Below, one piece after another: positions 26,303-37,421 of a DNA stretch of 64,000 nucleotides (positions within the stretch are counted from its first letter, which is position 1; every line of letters begins with the position of its first letter). The notes under the pieces are model-generated. The model had not been told where the DNA came from, did no database searches, and was given only the letters and a program-made list of their open reading frames with translations. Position numbers and translations under genes: made by a program. The DNA comes from Cenococcum geophilum (Eukaryota), in the NCBI GenBank assembly GCA_050273025.1, contig CP158635.1:27590001-27654000 (forward strand), given 5' to 3'.

Positions 26303-28031
26303 CAGACTTGCGGCTGACAGAATATCCTGTCAAACCTGTCAAACAGACAGGGTGTCAGCTGACAGGGCTGTCTGTCAGACAGCTGTCATAACAAGGCTTG
26401 GCAATCTAAAAATTAATCTACCCTCCTACAATACCTATCGACATAAAAATTACACCAAATTATAGAGAAAAGCCTCCTCTATAAAGCTATGAGATCTTTA
26501 GCTCCTTATACGTGCGTAACGTTAAGAGGAATTCGTCGCCGTAGAGGCCCCAATTCTACCTCTGCACCGCCAAGCCGCGCAGTAAACACCAACGCTGAAC
26601 GCTTACGCCTACGCCACCAGCCCTCTGCGTAGAGCTGTGGAGCTTTGCGAGAGCTCTACGGAATAAAGCTTAGGGAGACCTGCATAGAGCTCTGCATAAA
26701 GCTCTACCAAAGCTCTATATAAAGCTCTGCACGAAGCTCCGTACGAAGCTCCGCTTAAAGCTCCGCACAAAGCTCTGCTTAAAGCTCTGCTCGAAGCCCT
26801 ATTATTAATTCCCATTACCAAATACTAACTAAGTGGCGTTGTTGATAGTAGCAATTACAAATCATAGTCATTAGCTCTATCGTTAGCATCGCTATTAGCG
26901 TTTTGCTACCTATATAGAGCTCTAAAGCTCTACTAATACGCAGCACTAATATACTAGGAAGGTTCTATAATTGCCTGTACAATCGCCCGTACAAACGCCC
27001 ATACAATTAAATCGATCAATTGCCCATACAATCGTCTCTACAAACGTCTCTGCAATTAACCGCCCGTACGAACGTCTGCACGTCTGCACAGCTACACGTC
27101 TGCACGCCTGCACGTGGCTCTGCACGAAGCTCTACACGAAGCTCTACACGAAGCTCTGCACGAAGCTCTGCACGAAGCTCTGCAAAAAGCTTTTATATAG
27201 AGCCTCCGTAGTAGAGCCGTCGTACGCAGAACCGCCGTATGCAGAGCCGTCGTGCAGAGCCGTCGTGCAGAGCCGTCGTGCAGAGCCTCCGTATACAGAG
27301 CTTCGTGCAGAGTCTCCGTACGCAGAGCTTTGTGCGGAGCTTCGTGCAGAGCTTCGCGCAAAGCTTCGGTACGCAGAGCTTTGTGCAGAGCCTCCGTACG
27401 CAGAGCTTCGTGCAGAGCTTCGTGCAGAGCTTCGTGCAGAACTTCGTGCAGAGCTTTGTGCAGAGTCTCCGTACGCAGAGCTTTGTGCAAAGCTTCGTGC
27501 AAAGCTTCGTGCAGAGCTTCGTGCAGACCCTGAGTAGGCGAATCGCCCATTCGGCGGCGCTTTCCACTAGATATCGTGGAGGCGTACGGAGTAGATATAC
27601 TTATCGATTATAGAGCTGCTTCTGCGGATTAATTTAACGGTATTTCTGAGATAATAGCTGTTGTAGGGGTATAGATTAATTTTGTTAAAGAAGGTGACTA
27701 CTCTACATATAAAATAAGTCGCATTGTTTGATAAACCTCGCGAAAGTCTCTTAGACCATAGAATTAACTTTTTAATAAAAAAGGTTAGCGATATCCGCTA
27801 ATTAATTCTATGGTCTAAGCTTACTGAGGTAAGGGCTGATTAAGGAATTCTGGGTATCCCTTTATAGTTTCTTTATCGTATAGTAGCTGGTAGAGGGTTT
27901 TAAGATAATAATAAATTAAAATTTCCTTTTATGGCTTAGGCTGTCAGACCCTGTTCTGATAATATCTTGATACTGTCAGCTGATAGGCTGGCTGTTTAAC
28001 AGGGCTGTCAAGCCTGTTACCCGCAAGTCTG
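26303..28031. mobile_element. Non-autonomous TIR element with 9-bp TSD (Mutator-like by TSD length) carrying 12-bp minisatellites
   Basis: TIR CAGACTTGCGG / CCGCAAGTCTG; TSD GCCTCTCCC at 26294-26302 and 28032-28040; subterminal CTGTCA/TGACAG repeats at both ends. Confidence 0.82.
26640..27530. repeat. 12-bp minisatellite arrays in opposite orientations
   Basis: (ACGAAGCTCTGC)n-like at ~26640-26800 and ~27117-27185; reverse complement (GCAGAGCTTCGT)n at ~27290-27530. Confidence 0.85.
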
Positions 28032-28337
28032 GCCTCTCCCCATCTTTTCTCCACCTCAACAACCCTATGGCCGGAGCGGGTCGGCCGTCCTCCCTGCTAG
28101 CGGTGGCGGCATCAAGTGTTAAATTATTTGCTATTCGATCACTTCAAGCTCGCTTACTCATCCACATGTGGGAGTTCAGCCACTTTGCACTGCCTCCTGC
28201 CCCGCTATTATCCATTACTCTTCCATGAATTCACCAGCTAGCACAGTCGCAGTCCATTGATTTTTCGGACCGTACATGTCTTGCCAGTATCTTTTCTCAT
28301 AACTTCCTTTGCCAGAGCTCTTGGACAATCCCCCCTT

Positions 28338-31300
28338 ATGCGACTCTTGCGAATTGAAGACGACGGCAACTTCAGCCTGGTCGATCGTGTAGGCAACAAC
28401 ATTTCACGCTATGGTGTTCTTTCCCACACTTGGGGAGCGGACGAGGAGGAGGTTACTTTTAGGGATCTAATAGACGGTACAGGCAAAACCAAGGCTGGCT
28501 ATCGCAAGATCTGCTTCTGCGGAAAGCAAGCTGCGAAAGACGACCTCCAATACTTCTGGGTGGATACATGCTGCATCGACAAATCAAGCAGCGCGGAGCT
28601 TTCAGAAGCCATTAACTCTATGTTTCGATGGTACCAGGATGCGGCGAAATGTTACGTATATCTGTCCGATGTTTCAGTCAGCACTTCCGATGGAGACAAC
28701 GAATTCTCCCGGAGATGGAAACCGGCATTCAAGAAAAGCAGATGGTTTACTCGTGGCTGGACGCTTCAAGAGCTTATCGCTCCAGCATCCGTTGAGTTCT
28801 TCTCTAAAGAGGAAACTCAGCTCGGCGACAAGCAATCGCTGGAACAAACTCTCCACGAGATAACGGGAATCGCCATCCAAGTCCTTCGAGGAAACTCCAT
28901 ATCTTACCCTCCTGTGGACGAGCGCATGTCATGGGCTGCAAGACGAGAGACAAAACGCGAAGAGGACGCGGCATATTGTCTGCTAGGCATTTTCGACATC
29001 CACATGCCGCTCCTATACGGTGAGGGACGGAAAAAAGCGTTTGCTCGGCTTCAGAAGGAGATCCAACCTTCAGTTCAAATGGAGAAAGAAGATAAGGAAT
29101 GCGTCCAACACTTACGCCTTACCGATCCCCGCGATGACAAGATGCGTATTGAGGAAACCAAGGGCGGCCTGCTGGAGGACTCGTATCACTGGATCCTCGA
29201 AAACTCCGACTTCCAACAATGGCGCGACGACCAGCAGAGCCGATTGCTATGGATCAAGGGAGATCCCGGCAAGGGTAAGACGATGCTTCTCTGCGGCATT
29301 GTCAACGAGCTGAAGAAGTTGATGGCCAAGACGGATCTTCTGTCCTACTTCTTCTGCCAGGCCACCGACTCGCGAATTAACAACGCCACGGCCGTGCTGC
29401 GAGGTCTGGTGTACTTACTTGTCGATCAGCAGCCATCGCTTATCTCGCATATACGGAAGAAGCACGATCAGGCAGGTAAATCCCTCTTTGAAGACGCAAA
29501 TTCTTGGGTCGCCCTGTCGGACATCTTCAAGAACATACTGCAAGACACGAACCTGAAGACGACATACCTGGTTATCGACGCCCTTGATGAATGCGTTACT
29601 GACTTGCCGAAGCTCTTAGACTTTATCGTCTATACCTCCTCATCATCGGCCCGCGTAAAATGGCTCTTGTCAAGTCGGAACGAGCTCCACATCGAGCAGA
29701 AACTGAGGTCTGCCGACGAGCAGACGAGGCTGAGTCTCGAGCTGAAGGAAAATGCGGAGCAGGTATCTCGCGCCGTTGACGTATACATCGACGATAAGCT
29801 GTCCCGTTTCGAGTCACTTCAAGACGACGGCCTAAGACATCGAGTACGAGACATCCTGCGCCGGAAGGCGAATGGCACATTCCTCTGGGTTGCCCTCGTG
29901 GTCCAGGAGCTTAAGAGGCCCGAGAGCTGGGATCCTTTACAGGTGGTGGAAGAAGTGCCAACGGAGCTACACCAGCTGTACAATCGCATGGTGAATCAGA
30001 TCCAACAGCTTACGAAGAGAAACTCGGAGGTTTGCCGGCTCATACTTTCTATTGCCACCGTCGCATATCGTCCACTTTACTTAGCTGAGATAGGCAGCTT
30101 GTGCAAATTACCAGGCCAGATTTCGGCATTGACGAAAAACGTAAGAAAGATCGTGGCTATGTGCGGTTCGTTCCTTACCGTCCGAGATAATCAAGTCTAC
30201 CTCATCCATCAATCAGCTAAGGACTACTTAAGCGACGAGGCGAGAGCTACAATCTTTCCATCCCAGGGAAAAACCCATCATGACATCTTCTTTCGATCGC
30301 TGGAGCTTATGTCTAGTACACTGCAACGCGACATGTACCGTTTAATCGCGCCAGGTTTTCCGATCGACCAGGTCCAAGTGCCGGGCCAAGACCCGCTAGG
30401 GACGACACGGTACTCGTGTGTCCACTGGGTTAACCACCTCTATGACTCGGTTTCCGGCAAGAGCACGAGACGGGATGACGATTTACAGGATAATGGCGCC
30501 GTCTATGTCTTCCTTAAAAGGCAGTATCTTTACTGGCTTGAGGCTCTTAGTCTTTGCAAGAGTATGTCGGAGGGGATAGTTTCAATGACGAAACTTGAGG
30601 CTTTAATCCAGGTAATCCTTAGATCAGCGATGCTATCTATATATAACACATGCTAACATAACCTAGGAAAGAGAAAATGCATTTGCATTAATTAAACTAG
30701 TTCGAGATGCGCGTCGATTTATTATGTATCACAAATGGGAAATAGAGAAATGTCCTCTTCAGGCATATACGTCCGCACTCGTGTTTAGTCCAGCCCGCAG
30801 CCTAATAAGGTGTCTTTTTAAAGAGGAAGAACCGAAGTGGATCACGATAAAGCCGGCTATAGGAGATAAATGGAGTGCCTGCCTACAGACGCTTGAGGGC
30901 CATAGCAATTCGGTCCAGTCAGTCGCCTTCTCACGTGACTCGGCACGGCTCGCGTCGGCGTCGTCCGATAACACGGTCAAGATTTGGGATGCGAGCAGTG
31001 GCGAGTGCCTACAGACGCTCGAGGGCCATAGCTCTTCAGTCTGCTCAGTCGCCTTCTCACACGACTCGGCACGGCTTGCGTCGGCGTCATACGACTGGAC
31101 GGTCAAGATTTGGGATGCGAGCAGTGGCAAGTGCCTGCAGACGCTTGAGAGCCATAGCTCTTCGGTCCATTCGGTCGCCTTCTCACATGACTCGGCACGA
31201 CTCGCGTCGGCGTCGTCCGATGAGGCGGTTAAGATCTGGGATGCGAGCAGTGGCGAGTGCCTACAGACGCTCAAGTGCCATAGCGATTGGGTCTGGTCGG

Positions 31301-32595
31301 TCGCCTTCTCACATGACTCGGTATGGCTCGCGTCGGCCTTATCCAATAACACGATCAAGATCTGGGATGCGAGCAGTGGCGAGTGCCTGCAGACGCTTAA
31401 GGGCCATAGCGGATCGGTCAACTCAGTCGCCTTCTCACATGACTCGGCACGGCTCGCGTCGGCGTCATACGACTGGACGGTCAAGATTTGGAATGCGAGC
31501 AGTGGCGAGTGCCTGCAGACGCTCGAGGGCCATAGCTATTCGGTCTGGTCGGTCGCCTTCTCACATGACTCGGCACGGCTCGCGTCGGCGTCGTCCGATA
31601 ACACGGTTAAGATTTGGGATGCGAGCAGTGGCGAGTGCCTGCAGACGCTTAAGGGCCATAGCTCTTCGGTCTACTCAGTCGCCTTCTCACATGACTCGGC
31701 ACGGCTCGCGTCGGCGTCGCCCGATAAGACGGTTAAGATCTGGGATGCGAGCAGTGGCGAGTGCCTGCAGATGCTCGAGGGCCATAGCTCTTCGGTCTAC
31801 TCGGTCACCTTCTCACATAACTCGGCACGGCTCGCGTCGGCGTCGTCCGATAAGATGGTTAAGATCTGGGATGTAAGCAGTGGCGAGTGCCTGCAGACGC
31901 TTAAGGGCCATAGCGGATCGGTTAACTCAGTCGCCTTCTCACATGACTCGGCACGGCTCGCGTCGGCGTCGGATGATACGACGGTTAAGATCTGGGATGT
32001 AAGCAGTGGCGAGTGCCTGCAGACGCATCAGGGCCATAATAATTCGGTCAACTCAGTCGCCTTCTCACACGACTCGGCACGGCTCGCATCTGCGTCGGCC
32101 GACTGGACGGTTAAGATTTGGGATGCGAGCAGTGGCAAGTGCCTGCAGACGCTTAAGGGCCATAGCTCTTCGGTCTGCCCAGTCACCTTCTCACACGACT
32201 CGGCACGGCTCGCGTCGGCGTCATACGATTGGACGGTCAAGATTTGGGATGCGAGCAGTGGCGAGTGCCTACAGACGGTTAGTATTAACAAGGTACTCTT
32301 TAGGATATCATTCGATACCACTAGCTCGTGTCTTCACACTGAAATTGGTACTATCGCTATTGATCCATTATCAGCTTTAAATATAACATCGAGTATTACG
32401 GATCTTCAAGATTCTCAATATCAAGGTAGGGCTTTAAGTCCAGATGGAGCATGGATAACATATAATTCAGAGAACTTAGTATGGCTACCTTCAGAGTATC
32501 GGCCGTCATGTTCGGCCGTGTCAGGGAAGACGATCGGCGTCGGCGTTGGATCTGGAAAGGTATGGATATGCAACGTTGAGCTCGACGAATTTTAA
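28338..32595 (+). CDS. HET-NACHT-WD40 NLR (HNWD / het-E-like heterokaryon incompatibility protein); intron 30612-30666
   Basis: HET motifs YGVLSHTWG, WVDTCCIDK, SRWFTRGWTLQELIAP; NACHT LLWIKGDPGKGKTMLL and VIDALDEC; 11 conserved WD40 repeats; both exons open. Confidence 0.93.
30889..32274 (+). repeat. 11 x 126-bp high-identity WD40 repeat array
   Basis: Unit TL(E/K)GHSxSVxSVAFSHDSARLASASxDxTVKIWDASSGECLQ counted 11 times. Confidence 0.93.
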
Positions 32596-35500
32596 GAACT
32601 TAGAGTGTTTACATAGAGGGAACTAACTAATTATTTTATATTTCTATTATATCTCTATTTTATAGAGGGGTCTGGTAGTAAGTGTAAATATATAGTTAGG
32701 TAATTTGCTACGGCGAAGCTTTAAGAATTGTCAGAACTTGTATAAAGATTAATCTATAAAGAGAAGAGACTATATATAAGTTATAGGTAGGGGGGGGACC
32801 CCCCCTATAAAACTCCTGAACTAAGCCACATTTAGCGTCTGACAAGAATCCTCTAAATTGGTAACAAGATGACTCATAATAGAACTACCTTTAAGCTTAA
32901 AGATTTGCTATGCTTGGGTCTTATCAGAAGCGGACAAATACTTTAATCACGCTAGCAGGGAGGGTGGCCGACCCGCTCCGGCCATAGGGTTGTTGAGATG
33001 GCGGAATATACATATAGCATCCTGGCGCATCCCGTGGTTAGCGTGTTTTGTCAACTTTCCCCTAAACAACAAAAATACCAAAATTTCCCCTACAAAAGGC
33101 CGTGTGGGAGTGGCTGTGCTAACCACCGGAATTGAAGAGATGCTGTGCATACATACGTGGAGATGGTGAGAGCGTAACTGGGACATTGGATAGCGCCGAG
33201 TGACGTGATTCTGTTGGTTTCGCACAAACGTAGTTGGTCGGCTTGCGGACCGATTGAAAATCCGCACCAACAGAATCACGTCTGAGCTTGCTGGGGTAAC
33301 GTTATGAACGGGCGACTGGTCGTTGGTGAAGAAAGCCGGGGGCGGTGGTAAAGAACAATATCAAAGCAACAATGCTTGCGCCTTGCTTTAGGACAACCTC
33401 ACCGCCTTTCATCTAGCCTTTCCAATTAATTTCTGCCAATCCTATCTGCCAACCCCACCTTAAAGCCACACCTGCCATAGCACATTTGCTTCATGGATCG
33501 CATTCCAATCTCCGAACAATCCTATGTTACGCCATCTTCCGGACGACGATGAAGACAAACCGGCGGTAGATAGCGTTTTAAGGCTAGGCAAAGAGCTAGG
33601 TCAAGATGAACGCAACTATATTCGTCAAGCTGGGTTGAAAGCGCTCTTCACTTTCACAAGCAAGAAACATCTTGGGGTCCTCTCAGGTGCCATATTCTTC
33701 GCTGTGATTGCTGGTCTCATCATTCCCGGGCAGTCACTTTATTCGGCTTAATATTCAATCAATTCGCGAACTGTGGGTCAGGCAGAATCTCTGGTCCTGC
33801 TTTACTGGCAAACGTATCCAGGTATTGTGTCTACATGACGGTACTTGGTGCTGGGAGCTGGTTCTCTAATGCGCTGTGCTTCATGTTCTGGTTGGTGTTT
33901 GGGGAATTACAAGCCAGAAGCGCCAGAGACAAGATTTTCAATAACCTGCTTTCAAAAGACATTATATGGTACGATATAAGGAGGAACGGTGTGGGAGCCT
34001 TTTTACCTCGGATTCAAATGTGTGCTGTTTGATTGATGTCCAGCTAGAAATCATCTTTGTTAACGATCTCAGGCAAATTCGCGAGCTTCAGCTAGCCATG
34101 TCACATCCTGTGGGAGAGGTCTTCCAATGTCTTGTAACTGGGCTCGGCTCCCTCATACTTGCCTTATATTTTTCCTGGAACCTTACACTGGTCATAATAT
34201 GCACTATGCCGATTGTCTACCTCTTTATGGCCTTCTTATCCACTCGCATGGAGCCAAATGTACACAAACAAGGAGAGAAACTACAGGAGGCGTTGAAGTA
34301 TGTAACCAACGCTTTTCAGAGTATAGAGATGGTAAAGAGTTTCAACGGCCAGGATTCGGGACTTTGGAGATACTGTAGGGCAATCAAAGGCGCCGCAAAA
34401 TACTATATCCGACGAGCAAATCTCCAATCTCTTCAGATGGGTTTCATGCAACTCGCAACGCTTGGGGTGTTTGTACAAGGATTCTGGTATGGAGGTTCGC
34501 TTGTTGATTCCGGAAAGAAAAATCCAGGTCAGGTCATGACAACGTTCTGGGCAGCACTTATGGCAGTTCAATCCATCACCGGGTTTCTTCCTCAGATTAT
34601 AGTCCTTGAGAAAGGGAGGATTGCAGGCGCTAAATTAAGTGTTGTCATGACAGAAATGCAAGAGGAAGGAAATTGTCTGGGCCTCATCAGTGGACATAGA
34701 CCTCGTCATTGCCCAGGCGATATTGAAATGAAGAATGTGAGTACCCCAGGGTAGTTAGTATAATTTTCATGCGTGCTTACATTATTAAGGTATCGTTTGC
34801 GTATCCTACTCGTCCAAGCCAACTAGCTTTATGCGACGCAACGATATTTTTTCCTACTGGTGAGACTACCTTTGTTGTCGGAAAGAGTGGGTCAGGCAAA
34901 AGCACACTTGGCCAACTTCTCCTACGATTCTATAGGCCATCAGAAGGCGAAATCCGCCTCGATGGATACCCCCTACACACTCTCGATATCCACTGGCTTC
35001 GAGAAAATATTACGCTCGTGGAGCAGCACTGTGTACTTTTTGATGACACAATATTCCAGAACATCGCCATGGTAAAACAGAAATCAGGAAATGTGACAGT
35101 CAAAGAAGTCAAAGAAGCTACCCAAATTTGCTCTGCTTCAGCAAATGATCAACGATATGCCTGATGGCTTTAATACAATGGTCGGCTCGAAAGGCAATGC
35201 AATGAGCGGTGGTCAGAGACAGCGGCTAGCATTAGCGCGAGCCAGGCTTCGGAACACGCCAGTTCTCATCCTTGACGAGTCAGCCAGTGCTCTCGATTAC
35301 ATCACTAGATCTTTACTTCTTGATGCCATTCGAGTCTGGCGCCGTGGAAAGACTACAATCGTCATTACTCATGACATGTCCCAAATATTACCAGAGGATT
35401 ATGTGTACGTACTTGAGAAGTCTCAAGTTGTCCAAGAAGGCTATCGAAAGTCTATGCAAAGTAACACGGGTTCACCGTTTGAAACGTTTCTAAGTTCTCA

Positions 35501-36161
35501 GGTGGACGGCGTGGCCGAAGTCGACGAATCGGAGGGTAATTCCCCGAATGATCTGTTGTCACTCTATGCGGATCCTAGAAGCTCTAGCGAATCATGGGAT
35601 GCGACTTCTCGGTATTCTCCTAGCCTCCTTGACCCATTGGATATGCATCTCGAAGAGCGTGAAGAACTGGACTTGCCAACTCGGCGCACTGTTTTCTCCA
35701 TACATCTAGGTAAACCTTCACAGCGAAACTCCATAGTGCCTCATGTAGCTTTCCCATCGGGAGCAAGGGATTGGTAGTCCTATTGAGGCAACCCCAGAAG
35801 TCATGTTAAGATATGGAAAAACAGCAACCCGAAGTCAATTATCTTCCCCAAATGTAAGACGGCCCAGACCATTGAGCTTCATTCATTCCTCCGACTACTC
35901 GACTGAATTAAGAACCAAACGTCGCTCTCGGCGGAAACGGAGAAAACAGAAGCCAGAAGCTGTGGTAGCTCTACCCATGACTGCGATTCTCTCCACAGTC
36001 TGGCCAAAGCTTGACTGGATGTCTCGAATACTGTTGGTTGTTGCGTTTTTTGCAGCATGCATCCATGCCAGTGCCACGCCCGTGTTCTCATTTGTCTTTT
36101 CTAAGCTCTTGTCCACATTTTATATACCTCCAAATCAACGTCGTATGGCATTGCTGCCATT

Positions 36162-36513
36162 CAGTGATGGCAATAATCGGTTAGTTAGTTACGATTATGT
36201 TGTATTATATAGGAACATAACCAACCTAATCATAATCGCACCTGCTGATTATGTTACGTAGATATAACTATATAATCAACTGCGGAAATAAAAAGAGGGA
36301 GAGGTAGAGCTTTAGGGGGGAGCTCTGGGTAAGCTCTAGGGCAAGTGTGTTATCTACACGTGATAACTCACGTGTAGATAACATCACGTGGAGGCCCGTG
36401 CCTAAAAGACGTAATCAATATAACTATATAACCAAATCAGAATCACTTTCTTTAATTATATAATAATCGGAATCATGGAGCTGATTATGGTTATATAGTT
36501 ATTGCCATCACTG
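36162..36513. mobile_element. hAT-type MITE (352 bp) in the ABC transporter
   Basis: TIR CAGTGATGGCAATAA / TTATTGCCATCACTG; 8-bp TSD CTGCCATT. Confidence 0.92.
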
Positions 36514-36799
36514 CTGCCATTGATGGAATATCATCATACCTTTTTCACTTCCTTCTAGAGTATTGCGCTCAGATATGGATCAACAATATGAAAATGGAAG
36601 CCATGAAGCAATTGCTCGATCAGCCGCGAGAGTTCTTTGACAAAGAACAGAATGGCGTCTCTCGACTTGCGGAATGTCTCGACCATTTTGCTAAAGAGAC
36701 AAGGAATATCCTTGGACGTTTTACCGGAGTCATTTTTGTTGTGGTCTTCATGATGGCTATAGCACTTGTTTGGAGCCTGATAAGCTGTTGGAAGCTTAC

Positions 36800-37038
36800 T
36801 GTTGAACGGACGATCAGGAATGAGAGCTCTGTCTATTAAAGAGAGCTCTAGAAGCTCTTTATATACATCAGGTAGGTCTAGACAACTGAGTCAAAATAGG
36901 TAATAGAAATAGGTAATGAGACATTCGAGGAGACATTTAGTCATAAGCTGAGAGACAACTAAGACAGAGTTCGTATAGACGATCTAGGTCTTCACACAGT
37001 AGTACGATGGTGGTAAGGGAATTCGATTCAGGTCGACA
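36800..37038 (-). mobile_element. Solo LTR (239 bp), divergent subfamily of the 23048/37160 LTR
   Basis: TGTTGAACGGACGATCAGG...TTCAGGTCGACA; 5-bp TSD CTTAC. Confidence 0.92.
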
Positions 37039-37159
37039 CTTACCCTTGTAGCTCTTGCGATTACACCAATTATGTACGTCATAACTACCAGCTACAAAGC
37101 CGTCAGTGGGAAGTGGGAAGGATACTCGAACGATGGAGATGAAAAAGTCGGCGCAATTC

Positions 37160-37421
37160 TGTTGAACGGACGATCAGGAATAAGAACTCTGTTTTATTAA
37201 AGAGGGCTCTAGAAGCTCTCTTATATACATTAGGTATGTCCCAAATACAATGACGACGACGTCGTCATGTAGTAGGTCATAGTTAAGAGAAACAGGTAAT
37301 GAGACGTTCGATGAGACATACGAGCTCAAGATACGAGACAACTGAGACATAGTTCGTATAGACGATCTAGGTCGTCAGACAGTATTACGATGGTAGTAAG
37401 GAACTTCGATTCAGGTCGACA
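37160..37421 (-). mobile_element. Solo LTR (262 bp)
   Basis: TG...CA ends; 5-bp TSD AATTC; reverse complement of 23048-23307 with about 6 differences. Confidence 0.93.

Noticed and set aside
26971..27613. Several 90-190 aa repetitive ORFs (AELR, CTKL, QSFV repeats)
   Set aside because: By-products of a stop-free 12-bp minisatellite read in all frames.
30759..32380. Alternative-frame and antisense ORFs over the WD40 array; superficially CRISPR-like periodicity
   Set aside because: Shadows of a 126-bp coding tandem repeat with no unique spacers, in a eukaryotic context.
12100..33300. Starship-type giant element carrying the NLRs
   Set aside because: No DUF3435 tyrosine recombinase captain or other Starship gene is visible, and no boundary direct repeats were found.
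23048..37421. Inverted near-identical LTRs as ends of one composite or inverted 14-kb segment
   Set aside because: Each LTR has its own matching TSD pair, so they are independent, unrecombined insertions.
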